This document shows positions 1 to 12,228 of a stretch of DNA of 64,000 nt, in pieces (position 1 is the first letter of the stretch; each line of letters begins with the position of its first letter). The position numbers and the translations under genes are program-made. This stretch comes from Trueperaceae bacterium (lineage in GTDB: Bacteria > Deinococcota > Deinococci > Deinococcales > Trueperaceae), in NCBI GenBank assembly GCA_034520945.1, contig JAXHNB010000005.1:384001-448000 (forward strand), read 5' to 3'. Below the pieces are notes generated by a model that saw nothing but the letters and a program-made list of their open reading frames with translations, searched no databases and was not told the DNA's origin.

Positions 1-717
1 GCGGCGGAGCGGATCGACAAGTCGTTCCCGATGATGAGCACGCCGGCGGGCACGATCGCGCCCGCGCGGGTGTTCGTGATCGGGGTCGGCGTCGCGGGCC
101 TTCAGGCGATCGCGACCGCCAAGCGACTCGGGGCGCGCGTCGACGCGTACGACACCCGTCCGGTGGTGGCGGAGCAGGTGCGCTCGCTGGGGGCCAAGTT
201 CGTCGAGCTCGACGTGGGCGAGACGGGGGAGACCGAGCAGGGCTACGCCAAGGAGCTCACGCCCGAGCAGCTCGAGATGCAGCGCCAGCAGATGGCGCGC
301 GTGGTGGCCGAGGCCGATGTGGTCATCACCACCGCGCAGCTGTTCGGACGCCCGGCGCCGCGCATCGTCAGTGCCGAGATGGTGGCGGGCATGCGCCCCG
401 GCAGCGTGGTGGTGGACCTGGCGGCCGGATCCGGTGGCAACGTCGAGGGCAGCCGGCCGGACGAAGAGGTGCTCACCGAGGAAGGAATCCGCATCGTGGG
501 GGCGACCAACCTGCCGAGTTCGGTCGCGCGCGACGCGGGACAGATGTTCGCCAACAACATGGTTCACCTGATCACGCACGCCTGGGACGCGGAGTCGGGG
601 CGCATGACGCTGGACCCCGAGGAGGACCCGGTGGTCGGCGCCTGCCTGCTGACGCAGGCGGGCGAGGTACGCGACGAGCGGGTGTCGAAGGTGCTCGCGG
701 AGGAGGACGAGTCGTGA
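1..717 (+). CDS. pntAA: NAD(P) transhydrogenase alpha subunit, soluble domain I (5'-truncated by window)
   Basis: GVGVAGLQAIATAKRLGA Rossmann motif, GYAKE, VVITTAQLFGRPAP, VVVDLA..GGNV; frame open from base 1. Confidence 0.95.
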   Translation, partial: AAERIDKSFPMMSTPAGTIAPARVFVIGVGVAGLQAIATAKRLGARVDAYDTRPVVAEQVRSLGAKFVELDVGETGETEQGYAKELTPEQLEMQRQQMARVVAEADVVITTAQLFGRPAPRIVSAEMVAGMRPGSVVVDLAAGSGGNVEGSRPDEEVLTEEGIRIVGATNLPSSVARDAGQMFANNMVHLITHAWDAESGRMTLDPEEDPVVGACLLTQAGEVRDERVSKVLAEEDES

Positions 718-989
718 TTCTGCTTTTGTTCGTGTTCGTGCTCGCGATCTTTTTGGGTTTCGAGCTGATCAACAAGGTTCCCAGCCAGTTGCATACCCCC
801 CTCATGTCCGGTTCGAACGCCATCAGCGGCATCACCATCGTGGGTGCGCTGATCGCGGCGGGGACGGGCTCGACCTTTGGACAGGTGCTCGGCGTGCTCG
901 CGCTCGTGTTCGCGACGATCAACGTGGTCGGTGGCTACCTCGTCACCGACCGGATGCTCGGCATGTTCCGGGCCGGAAAGCGGGCGTAG
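714..989 (+). CDS. pntAB: NAD(P) transhydrogenase alpha subunit part 2 (membrane)
   Basis: LHTPLMSGSNAISG and INVVGGYLVTDRML motifs; GTGA overlap with upstream gene. Confidence 0.95.
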   Translation: MILLLFVFVLAIFLGFELINKVPSQLHTPLMSGSNAISGITIVGALIAAGTGSTFGQVLGVLALVFATINVVGGYLVTDRMLGMFRAGKRA

Positions 990-992
990 GCC

Positions 993-2375
993 ATGCCGGT
1001 AGGGGTACAGCTCGGATACATCGCGGCGGCGGTCCTGTTCATTCTGGGGCTCAAGATGCTGGGGCGCGCCGACACGGCGCGCCGGGGCAACCTCATCTCC
1101 GCGGCCGGCATGCTGCTCGCGGTGGTGGTGACGCTGCTGCAAGGCGGCATGGAGTGGACCTGGATCATCATCGGCCTGGTGGTCGGCGGCGGCGTCGGCG
1201 CCATCGCCGCGCGCGCCGTGGCCATGACCGCCATGCCCGAGATGGTGGCGCTGTTCAACGGCTCCGGCGGCCTGGCCTCGTTGCTGGTGGCGTGGGCCGA
1301 GTACCACGATGCGGCCTCGTTGCCGGTGGTCACGGGCGTCGCCGTCGTCCTGGCCGCCCTGATCGGCGGGATCGCCGCCAGCGGCAGCGTCATCGCCTTC
1401 GGGAAGCTGTCCGAGAAGTTGCCGGGACGTCCGATCCGGCTGCCGCAACAGACGTTGGTGATGATCCTGCTGGGCCTGATCACGATCGGCGCGGCGGTGT
1501 GGTTCCTGTTGACGCCTTCCGGCGTGGTCGGGTACCTGATGCTGATGATCGGCGTGGTGGTGGCGCTGGTGCTGGGCGTGCTGCTGGTGCTGCCGATCGG
1601 CGGGGCCGACATGCCGATCGCGGTCAGCCTGCTCAACGCCTACTCCGGCATCGCGGCGGCCATGGCCGGCTTCGTGCTGGGCAACAGCGCGCTGGTCGTG
1701 GCCGGGTCGCTGGTCGGCGCGGCGGGCCTGATCCTGACGCAGATCATGTGCAAGAGCATGAACCGCAGCCTGTTCAACGTGCTGTTCGCCGGCTTCGGCG
1801 GCGAGGGCGGCATGGGCACCGCGGTCGAGGGCGAACCGCATCCGCTGTCGCCCGAGGACGCCTACTACGTGCTGGAGGCGGCGTCGAACGTGGTGTTCGT
1901 GCCCGGCTACGGCATGGCGGTGGCGCAGGCGCAGCACGCGGTGAAGGAGCTGGCCGACCTGCTGCAGCGCAACGGCGCCGAGGTGCGCTACGCGATCCAC
2001 CCCGTGGCCGGGCGGATGCCGGGCCACATGAACGTGCTGCTGGCCGAAGCCAACGTCCCCTACGAGCAGCTGGTCGAGCCCGAGGACGTGAACCCGACGA
2101 TGGAATCGGTCGACGTGGCCATCGTCATCGGCGCCAACGACGTGGTGAACCCCGCCGCGCGCGAGGACGACACCAGCCCGCTGTACGGCATGCCCACGCT
2201 CGAGGTCGACCGGGCCCGCACCGTGTTCGTGCTGAAGCGCTCCATGGGCGCGGGCTTCTCCGGCGTCGGCAACGCGCTGTTCGTCAAGGACAACACGCGC
2301 ATGCTGTTCGGGGACGCCAAGGCGACGCTGACCGCCTTGGTGAGCGAGTTCAAGGAGGCACTGGGCGTCAGCTGA
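993..2375 (+). CDS. pntB: NAD(P) transhydrogenase beta subunit
   Basis: MTAMPEMVALFN, IGGADMP, VPGYGMAVAQAQ, IHPVAGRMPGHMNVLLAEA, GANDVVNPAA. Confidence 0.97.
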   Translation: MPVGVQLGYIAAAVLFILGLKMLGRADTARRGNLISAAGMLLAVVVTLLQGGMEWTWIIIGLVVGGGVGAIAARAVAMTAMPEMVALFNGSGGLASLLVAWAEYHDAASLPVVTGVAVVLAALIGGIAASGSVIAFGKLSEKLPGRPIRLPQQTLVMILLGLITIGAAVWFLLTPSGVVGYLMLMIGVVVALVLGVLLVLPIGGADMPIAVSLLNAYSGIAAAMAGFVLGNSALVVAGSLVGAAGLILTQIMCKSMNRSLFNVLFAGFGGEGGMGTAVEGEPHPLSPEDAYYVLEAASNVVFVPGYGMAVAQAQHAVKELADLLQRNGAEVRYAIHPVAGRMPGHMNVLLAEANVPYEQLVEPEDVNPTMESVDVAIVIGANDVVNPAAREDDTSPLYGMPTLEVDRARTVFVLKRSMGAGFSGVGNALFVKDNTRMLFGDAKATLTALVSEFKEALGVS

Positions 2376-2414
2376 TCCCCACGCGGACCTGCGCCGTGCG
2401 CACCGACGAGGAAA

Positions 2415-2445
2415 GGACGGCCCCCGCCCAGCGCGGGGGCCGTCC
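2415..2445. terminator. GC-rich stem-loop after pntB (probable terminator, no U-tract)
   Basis: 13-bp perfect inverted repeat GGACGGCCCCCGC / GCGGGGGCCGTCC, 5-nt loop. Confidence 0.6.
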
Positions 2446-2528
2446 CTGATGTGCGCCGCGCGGCCGGACGGGGGCGAGGGGCGCGATGTGGGCGCGGCTT
2501 CACGAAGCGGTCGCGCCGAGTGAGATAA

Positions 2529-2558
2529 CTTGACATAAACACGCTCAGGTTTTACCAT
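2529..2558 (+). promoter_or_regulatory. sigma70-type clpB promoter overlapped by HAIR-like (HspR) operator
   Basis: TTGACA(2530-35)-17 nt-TACCAT(2553-58)-6 nt-ATG; CTTGACA-N7-GCTCAGG (2529-49) resembles CTTGAGT-N7-ACTCAAG. Confidence 0.75.
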
Positions 2559-2564
2559 ATCGAC

Positions 2565-5147
<2,583 letters not shown>

Positions 5148-5204
5148 ACGAGGAGATTCGGCCGCCCCTGACGCAGGGGACGCCGTAGCTGCCCGCGGAC
5201 CGCG

Positions 5205-5244
5205 CGCGGCGCGGCGGCGCGCACCGACCCGCCGCCGCGCCGCG
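5205..5244. terminator. stem-loop downstream of clpB
   Basis: 15-bp perfect inverted repeat CGCGGCGCGGCGGCG / CGCCGCCGCGCCGCG. Confidence 0.55.
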
Positions 5245-5377
5245 TTCGCGTGTGCGCCTGGTGTGCCGGGCGACGTCGCGTGTGGGCGTGCGGGCTACCC
5301 TCGTGCCCACGACGGGCGGCCCGCCGCATCGAGGCGGCGCACGGGGGCCACGCCCCGTCCTCCCGGGAGGGAATGAC

Positions 5378-6850
5378 ATGTGCGGCATCTGCGGCGTTCA
5401 CGGACCCCACCCCGACCCCGAGCGCGTCACCGCGGGCATGATGGAGGACTTGCGGCACCGCGGCCCCGACGGTTCCGGGATGGTGCGACGCGGCCCGACG
5501 ACGCTCGGCCACGTCCGCCTGGCCATCGTCGACCCCGAAGGCGGCGACCAGCCGCTCCTCAGCGAGGACGGGCGCGTGGCGCTGGCCGGGAACGCGGAGA
5601 TCTACCAGCACGCCCGGCTGCGGCGCGCCCTGCGCGGCCACCGCTTCGCGACCGACAGCGACTGCGAGGCCGCCCTCCACCTGTTCGAGGAGGAGGGGCC
5701 GGGCTTCGCCCGCGGACTCGACGGCATGTACGCCCTGGCCATCGCCGACGGACGCGACCTGGTGCTGGCACGAGACCCCTTGGGTATCAAACCGCTGTAC
5801 GTTGCCCACGACGGCGACACGACGTTCTTCGCCTCCGAGATCACGCCGCTGGCCCGGCTGGGCCTGCCCGTCCGCCCCCTCGCACCGGGGACGGCCTGGC
5901 ACACGCGCCGTGGCACGATCCGGACCTACGAGCTGCCCGGCGCGCGCCCGGAGCTCCGCGACGCCGATGAGGCGGCCGGCGCGGTCCGTGCCGCGCTGGA
6001 GGCCGCCGTCGACAAGCGCCTGATGGCCGACGTGCCGTTGGGCGCGTTCCTGTCGGGCGGTCTGGACTCCAGCGCCATCGCCGCCCTGGCGATCCGCCGA
6101 ACCGGACGGCTGCGCACCTTCTCCGTCGGCGTGGCGGGCTCGCCCGACCTGGTGGCCGCCCGCCGCGTCGCCGAGCATCTGGGCACCGATCACGTCGAAG
6201 GGATCCTGGAGCCGGAGGAGGTGCGCGAGGTGCTCCCACGGATCGTGCCGGCCCTGGAGTCGTTCGACGCCGACCTGGTGCGGAGCGTGGTGCCGACCTG
6301 GTTCACCGCGCGTCTGGCGGCGCGGTACGTCAAGGTGATCCTGACCGGCGAGGGGGCGGACGAGGCGTTCGCCGGCTACGCCTACCACCGGGACTACCGG
6401 GCACGCCCGGACGCCCTGGCGACCGAGCTGACACGCTCCCTCGGGTCCATGCACGACGTCAACCTTCAGCGCGTCGATCGGATGACCATGACGCACGGCC
6501 TGGAAGGGCGCGTGCCGTTCCTCGATCGCGACGTCATCGACGTCGCCCAGCGGATCGACCCTCGCCTCAAGCAGCGTGACGGCGTCGAGAAGTGGATCCT
6601 GCGCAAGGCCGTGCAGAACCTTCTCCCCCGTGAGATCGTGTGGCGCGACAAGGCCCAGTTCGACGAGGGGTCGGGCACCAAGGACCTGCTGGGCGACATC
6701 GCACGAACGCTGCCCGGCACCACCGGCGATGCGCCGGTCCCCCTCCGCTCCGCGGAGGAGGCGGCGTACTGGCGGATGTTCGAAGCCTCCGTGCCCGACG
6801 CCTGGCGCGTCGCGGGCCAGGTCGGCCGCTGGGAGGCGGACCGGACGTAG
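5378..6850 (+). CDS. asnB: asparagine synthase (glutamine-hydrolysing), AsnB family amidotransferase
   Basis: N-terminal MCGICG (Ntn Cys), HRGPD, FLSGGLDSS, LTGEGADE, RVPFLD, EKWILRKA; start reset to ATG 5378 after GGGAGG. Confidence 0.88.
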   Translation: MCGICGVHGPHPDPERVTAGMMEDLRHRGPDGSGMVRRGPTTLGHVRLAIVDPEGGDQPLLSEDGRVALAGNAEIYQHARLRRALRGHRFATDSDCEAALHLFEEEGPGFARGLDGMYALAIADGRDLVLARDPLGIKPLYVAHDGDTTFFASEITPLARLGLPVRPLAPGTAWHTRRGTIRTYELPGARPELRDADEAAGAVRAALEAAVDKRLMADVPLGAFLSGGLDSSAIAALAIRRTGRLRTFSVGVAGSPDLVAARRVAEHLGTDHVEGILEPEEVREVLPRIVPALESFDADLVRSVVPTWFTARLAARYVKVILTGEGADEAFAGYAYHRDYRARPDALATELTRSLGSMHDVNLQRVDRMTMTHGLEGRVPFLDRDVIDVAQRIDPRLKQRDGVEKWILRKAVQNLLPREIVWRDKAQFDEGSGTKDLLGDIARTLPGTTGDAPVPLRSAEEAAYWRMFEASVPDAWRVAGQVGRWEADRT

Positions 6851-6901
6851 CGCCGCGTCTGCACGCCGGGTGGGCCAATCCGGGTGCGGCGGTGCGGCGG
6901 A

Positions 6902-9841
6902 TCAGGCGGGGTCGCGCACCACCAGGCCCCGCGACGCCTGGAGGCGTTCCAGGCCCGTACGCGGCCCGAGCAACGCAAGGGTGGGCTCGCCGGATGCCTC
7001 GATCGCGGCGGCCAGTTCGCGGAAGGCGTCGCGGGAGGTGGCCAGCAGGTCCTCGCGCAGGCGGCGCGGCTCGTTCTCCGTGCCGCGCAGGCGGCGGCGC
7101 AGGGCGCGGTACCCCTGCGTGCCCGGCAAGGCGTAGGGATCCAGGTCGCCGACCGCGCCCAGGATCAACGCGTCCAGATCGGCCTCCTCGAGCGTGTCGG
7201 CGGCCTCCCGCAAGCGTTCGGGCGCCTCTTCGAACACCGACAACGTCTCCTCCAGGTTGGGGTCGCGGTACGACCAGGTCGTGATCGCCCCCCGCAGCGG
7301 GTCCAGCGTCGCGCCCGCCCCGTAGGCGCCGCCCTGAAAGCGCAACCGCGGCATCAGCACGTCGGCCTGCAGGTGGCGGGCCGCCGCCAACCATGCGCCC
7401 GGCAGCGGGGCGCCGCCCGAGAGCTCCCAACGGGCCGCCAGGTAGTGGACCTGGCCCGACAGGGCCCACCCCTCGCGCGGGTCGGGCGGATCGAGGTGCC
7501 ACGCCGGCCGTGCGCCGTCCCCGTGTGGCAGGCCCGCGATCAGGCGCTCCGCCGCCGCCTCCGCGGCCGGGCCGGAGGCCTCGTCGGCGGTGATGCCCAT
7601 CACCAGGGCGTCCCGGACCAACAGTCGCTGGCGTACCTCCTCCAACTCCTCACGGACCGCGGCCTCGTCGGACGCGGCGCGCTGCACGAACGCGTCGAGC
7701 TCCGCCAGCGAGGCGAGGCCGCCCAGCAGCTCGTCCGCGCGGTCTTCCACCCCGGCGTGGGCCCCCAGTCGGCGGATCGCGAAACGATGCCCGGCGGGCT
7801 CCAGCGCCGCGCGCCTGCGCGCCAGGTTCTCGAGCGCCAGGCGGCGGATCGCGGCGACGTCGTCCAACCGGGCCTCCCGGAGGACCTCCACCATCAGGTC
7901 GGCCAGGGCCTCCGCCCGTTCGGCCAGCGCCTTGCCGCGCAGGAAGAACCGGGCGATCCCCTCGCCGTCGCCCGCCCCGTGCGCCAGATCCAGCTGCGCG
8001 CCGATGCCGCCGGTCTCGCGGTCGATGGCGCGGCTCAACGAGGTGAGGTCACGCTGGGCGGTGCCGGTCTCCAGCAGCATTCGACCCAAGGTGCCCGCAT
8101 GCGGCAGCAGCGGCCGGGGCAACGCCCGCAGGTCGAAGCCGAGGTCGAGGTAGACGAGCCCCCGCGTCGGCGCGGAGATCCGCACCCGTTCGGCGCCGCC
8201 CTCGCTCCGGCTGCGCATCTCGAGCTCCGGCCGCGGCGGCCCCAGGTCGGCCCGCCGGAGGCGCGGGAGGGTGGCCCGCGCCTCGGGCGGATCCGGCGCC
8301 TCCTGATGCGTGCGCAACGCCTCGGCGTCGGCGCGCACGCGCGCGTGATCATGTGCGTCCATGTCGCCGGTCAGCGCCTCGAGGCGCGCCCGCTCGTCTT
8401 CGTCCCGCCGCGCGCTGGCGTTCGGATCGGGGAGCACGCGCACGTGAACGCGATGCGGGTTGTCGACCAGCGCCTCGCGCATCAGCGTCGTCAGTGACGC
8501 ACCGCCCTGGGGCAACTCCCGGTCCAGTTGCTGCAGTGCGGTATCGAAGTCGAGGTGCGTCAACGGGTCGAGCCCGTGAAGCCACGGCCCCAACGCGGTG
8601 ACGGCGAGGGCGAGGCCGCGCTGTCCGCCGTGGACGTCCAACTCCCGCAAGGAGAACACCAGCTGGTTGCGGGCCGCCTCCAGGTCGGCGTCGTCCAGCC
8701 CCTCCTCGGCCAGGCGCAGCAGCGTGTCCTGGACCACTTGGTGCACCTCGTCGGTGCGCGCCGGGTCGACCCCGCGTAGGCCGGCACGGAACATCGGTTG
8801 CCGCAACGCGTCGCTCAGCCCGCCCAGGAACGCCTCGCCCAGACCGGCATCCAGCAGGGCACGACGCAACGGCGCGGCCGGCGAGCCCACCAGCACGTGC
8901 TCCAGCAGCTCCAGCGCCATGCCTCGTTCGGGCCGGTCCGCGGGGGGGAGGGCCCACGACACCGTGGCGATGGCCTTGCCCTTGGCGTCCGCGGGGTAGG
9001 ACGACGTCACCTCCCGCGGCGCGTCGAACGGCGGCTGCACCGCCGGCGCCGCCGGCGGACGACCGGGGCTCGCCGTGGGGGCCGGGACCTCGCCCGCCGT
9101 GGGGCCCGCGCCGTCGTCCCCGCCGTCCAGGTAGCGCGCGATCCGCTCCAGCGTCTCCTCGAGGGGCACGTCTCCGTGCACCACGAAACGGGCGCGGCCC
9201 GGACCGTAGTGCGCCGCGTGGAACGCCCGCAGGGCGCCCTGGGTCAGGTCCGGAATGGCGCGCGGATCGCCCCCCGAGTCGTGCGCGTAGGCGGTGTCCG
9301 GCAGCAGGGCGCCCAGCTCGGCCAGCTCGAGCGCTCGGTTCGGGTCGGCCCGGGCGCCCTTCATTTCGCTGTACACCACGCCGCCGAGGCGAAGCTCGCC
9401 GTCCTCGCCGCTCGGCTCGAGATGCCACGCCTCCTGCGCGAAGGTCTCCGCCGACAGGCGTGGGCGGAACACGGCGTCCAGGTACACGTCGAGCAGGTTC
9501 AGGTAGTCGACGCGGTTCTCGGTCGCGAACGGGTAGACGGTCCGGTCCGGGTAGGTCATGGCGTTGATGAACCCGGCCAGCGACCCCTTGATCATCTCGA
9601 AGAACGGATCCTTCAGCGCGAACCGTTCGGAACCGGCCAGCACCATGTGCTCCAGGATGTGGGCGACGCCGGTATCATTGGACGGCAGGGTGGGGAAGCC
9701 CACGGCGAAGCTTTTGTTGCGCTCGTTCGATGACAACGCCAGCAGCTCGGCGCCGGTGGCGTGGTGGCGGTAGAGACGGGCGTGAACGCCCAACATGGCG
9801 AGCTCGCGCTCGCCGACGGGCGTGAAACCGTGCAGATCCAT
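6902..9841 (-). CDS. insulinase family metalloprotease, M16C / presequence protease (PreP)-like
   Basis: GVAHILEH..L.GS inverzincin motif, KDPFF, INAMTYPDRTVYPFA, GVVYSEMKG, GGAYGA, SYRDPN; 979 aa. Confidence 0.93.
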   Translation of the reverse strand: MDLHGFTPVGERELAMLGVHARLYRHHATGAELLALSSNERNKSFAVGFPTLPSNDTGVAHILEHMVLAGSERFALKDPFFEMIKGSLAGFINAMTYPDRTVYPFATENRVDYLNLLDVYLDAVFRPRLSAETFAQEAWHLEPSGEDGELRLGGVVYSEMKGARADPNRALELAELGALLPDTAYAHDSGGDPRAIPDLTQGALRAFHAAHYGPGRARFVVHGDVPLEETLERIARYLDGGDDGAGPTAGEVPAPTASPGRPPAAPAVQPPFDAPREVTSSYPADAKGKAIATVSWALPPADRPERGMALELLEHVLVGSPAAPLRRALLDAGLGEAFLGGLSDALRQPMFRAGLRGVDPARTDEVHQVVQDTLLRLAEEGLDDADLEAARNQLVFSLRELDVHGGQRGLALAVTALGPWLHGLDPLTHLDFDTALQQLDRELPQGGASLTTLMREALVDNPHRVHVRVLPDPNASARRDEDERARLEALTGDMDAHDHARVRADAEALRTHQEAPDPPEARATLPRLRRADLGPPRPELEMRSRSEGGAERVRISAPTRGLVYLDLGFDLRALPRPLLPHAGTLGRMLLETGTAQRDLTSLSRAIDRETGGIGAQLDLAHGAGDGEGIARFFLRGKALAERAEALADLMVEVLREARLDDVAAIRRLALENLARRRAALEPAGHRFAIRRLGAHAGVEDRADELLGGLASLAELDAFVQRAASDEAAVREELEEVRQRLLVRDALVMGITADEASGPAAEAAAERLIAGLPHGDGARPAWHLDPPDPREGWALSGQVHYLAARWELSGGAPLPGAWLAAARHLQADVLMPRLRFQGGAYGAGATLDPLRGAITTWSYRDPNLEETLSVFEEAPERLREAADTLEEADLDALILGAVGDLDPYALPGTQGYRALRRRLRGTENEPRRLREDLLATSRDAFRELAAAIEASGEPTLALLGPRTGLERLQASRGLVVRDPA

Positions 9842-9954
9842 GGCGGGAACGCTATCACGCCCTCGCGGAGGCGTCCGGCGTGCGCGCGTCGGTCTGGGGG
9901 CCGTGCCCGCACGGGCGGTTCGGGGGCCCGTACCGTTGGGGTACGCTCGACGGG

Positions 9955-10710
9955 ATGACGGAGCTCATGCTCATCGTTCCCCACCCGGACGACGAGGTGT
10001 TCGGCCTCGGCGGGACGTTCGCCCGACTCGCCGAACGAGGGGCCTCCACCGCCGTGCTCACCCTGACGCGAGGTCGGGCCGGACGGACGCTGGGGCTGTG
10101 CCCGCCGGCCGAGCTCGGCGAGCTGCGCGAGCGCGAGTTGCGCACCTCGGCCGCGGCGCTCGGCGTCGACGACCTGACGGTGTGGGACGAACACGACTAC
10201 GTGCCGGACGACAGCCGCGGGATCCCGCGCGATGCCGGCCTGCAGGACCGACCGGCGGAGGCGCTGGAGCGGGCGATCGCGTTGGAGTTGGACCGCCTGC
10301 GGCCGGAGGCGCTGGTCACCTTCGGGCCGCACGGCAGCAACGGCCATCCCGATCACGTCGCCACGCACCTGCGGGTGCACGGCGCGCTTCAGCGGGGCGG
10401 GCACGTGCCGGCGCGGATCTACCACTACGCCTCCGAGGCGCCCTATGACGGGGCGGCCCGGCCCGGCTTCCTGTCGCCGGAGGAGATCCGCGACCGGCAC
10501 CAGCCGCCCAGCCACCGGATCGAACTGGCCCCCGCCGAGGTCGAGCGCAAGCTCCGCGCCATGGCGGCCCACCGCACCCAGGCGCTTTCGGTGCTGAACT
10601 TCATGGAGCGCTTCACCGCGAGACTGTTCACCGAAACGTTCACTCGCGTCGGCGTCGGCGGCGCGCCCGTCGCCCCCGGCGCCGAGACGCGCACCGTGTC
10701 GTTCCCGTGA
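9955..10710 (+). CDS. PIG-L/LmbE family N-acetylglucosaminyl deacetylase
   Basis: PHPDDE, LTLTRG, RERE, GHPDH, AHRTQ motifs; start ATG 9955 follows TACGCT -10 box. Confidence 0.88.
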   Translation: MTELMLIVPHPDDEVFGLGGTFARLAERGASTAVLTLTRGRAGRTLGLCPPAELGELRERELRTSAAALGVDDLTVWDEHDYVPDDSRGIPRDAGLQDRPAEALERAIALELDRLRPEALVTFGPHGSNGHPDHVATHLRVHGALQRGGHVPARIYHYASEAPYDGAARPGFLSPEEIRDRHQPPSHRIELAPAEVERKLRAMAAHRTQALSVLNFMERFTARLFTETFTRVGVGGAPVAPGAETRTVSFP

Positions 10711-10786
10711 AACGGCCGCCGGCGCGCCGCGGCGCCGGGACGGCGGTCACGGACGCGCCTCGCGGGCGCGTGATAGGTTCGGAAGC

Positions 10787-12190
10787 GTGATCACGCGTTC
10801 GGTCCAGCTCACCCGGCTGGCGCCCGCCCACCGCGCCTTGGCGGAGGGCCGCTATGCCGCTGCGCACGCGCTGTTGGAGGACGCCGCCCGGCGTACCCCG
10901 GCGCGCAGAACGCAGGCGCAGTACCACCTGCACCTTGCCGCCGCCGAGGCGCTGGGTGGCGAAGAGGGCGTGGACCGCGGCCGCCGCGCCTTGGTCGAGG
11001 CGGCGCGCCTCGACCCGGGCTGCGTGACGCATCCGCTGTACCGCGCGCTTCACTGGGAGTTCCGCGCCCTCCGCGGGGCCACCGCCAGCGAGGTGCGCCG
11101 CGGCATGCGGGGGTTGGACGCCCAGCACGACGCGGTCGCGGCCTATCATGCCGCCAGCGCGCTGTACCTCGCCGGCGCGGCGCGGACCGCTCGGCGGGCG
11201 CTTCACGCGTTGACCTCGGAGGCGTTGCCGGCCTACCTTCGTTGGCGTCGTGCCTCCCTGCTCGGCATGGCCGCCGCCGACGCGGGCGCCTGGCAGGAGG
11301 CCGCGGACGCGTTCGGCTCGTCCTGGACGGAAGCGCCGCCGGAGGAGCGCGTGCGCGAGGGCGTGCGGTTGGCCTCGGCCCTCCTCGAACTCGGTCGCTT
11401 CGACGAGATGGCGCCGCTCCTGGACGCGGTCGATGCCGCCGAGGTCGATCGTTCGCTGCGGTCGAAGGCACGGCAGTTGGCGGGACGGGCCGAGATCGGC
11501 CTGGGCAACCCGGGGCGCGCGCTGGGGGCGTTGGCGGAGGCCGAGCGGATCGCGCCCGAGGCGGACCTTCGTGACGAGGCGGTGCAGGCGGCGGTGCAGG
11601 CGTTGCTGCTGCAGGGACGGAGCGCGGAGGCGGCGGAACGCCTCGAACAGCTAGTGGCGCGCGCGCCGGCCGAAGCGCGCGCGGTGACGATGCACGAACG
11701 GGCGGCGGCGCTGCTCGACGCGGACCTGGCCGACGAGGCCGAAGCGGTGCTCGTCGGCGTGCTGTCGGACCCCGACTACGCCTATCGGGCCGAGGCGACC
11801 GCGGACCTGGCCGACGCCCGCCTCCGCCGCGGCGACCTCGCCGGCGCCGAGGAGACGGGCCACCAGGCCCTGGCGGCGGGGGCGGTCGCGCCCGCCTGCC
11901 TCACCCTCGGGCAGGTGGCGTTCGAGTACTTCGCGCTGGACGACGCGGCCGGCTGGTTCGAGCAAGCCGCCAGCGCCGCCACGCCGGGCGAGCCGATCTG
12001 GCTTGCCGCGCAGCAACTGTTGGCCGACGTGTTCATTCAACGTGGCCCGGAGGGGGCCGAGCGCGTGCTGATCCACGCGCGCCTGGCGCTCGCCCACACC
12101 GAGCCGAACAGCGAGTGGGCCGTGTCCCTCCACGCCCACGTCGCGCAGGCGCGGTCCTGGTTGGGCGGCTTCGACCGAATCCTGAACTGA
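10787..12190 (+). CDS. TPR-like helical repeat protein
   Basis: Ala/Leu-rich helical repeats (e.g. LLELGRFDE, LGNPGRALGAL); GTG start 7 nt after TAGGTT. Confidence 0.7.
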   Translation: MITRSVQLTRLAPAHRALAEGRYAAAHALLEDAARRTPARRTQAQYHLHLAAAEALGGEEGVDRGRRALVEAARLDPGCVTHPLYRALHWEFRALRGATASEVRRGMRGLDAQHDAVAAYHAASALYLAGAARTARRALHALTSEALPAYLRWRRASLLGMAAADAGAWQEAADAFGSSWTEAPPEERVREGVRLASALLELGRFDEMAPLLDAVDAAEVDRSLRSKARQLAGRAEIGLGNPGRALGALAEAERIAPEADLRDEAVQAAVQALLLQGRSAEAAERLEQLVARAPAEARAVTMHERAAALLDADLADEAEAVLVGVLSDPDYAYRAEATADLADARLRRGDLAGAEETGHQALAAGAVAPACLTLGQVAFEYFALDDAAGWFEQAASAATPGEPIWLAAQQLLADVFIQRGPEGAERVLIHARLALAHTEPNSEWAVSLHAHVAQARSWLGGFDRILN

Positions 12191-12228
12191 CGCGCGCCCC
12201 GCGCGTCCGCGCGGGTACACTGCGCCGG

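Noticed and set aside
31..989. pntA split in two as possible pseudogene
   Set aside because: The three-gene pntAA/pntAB/pntB organisation is an established normal arrangement.
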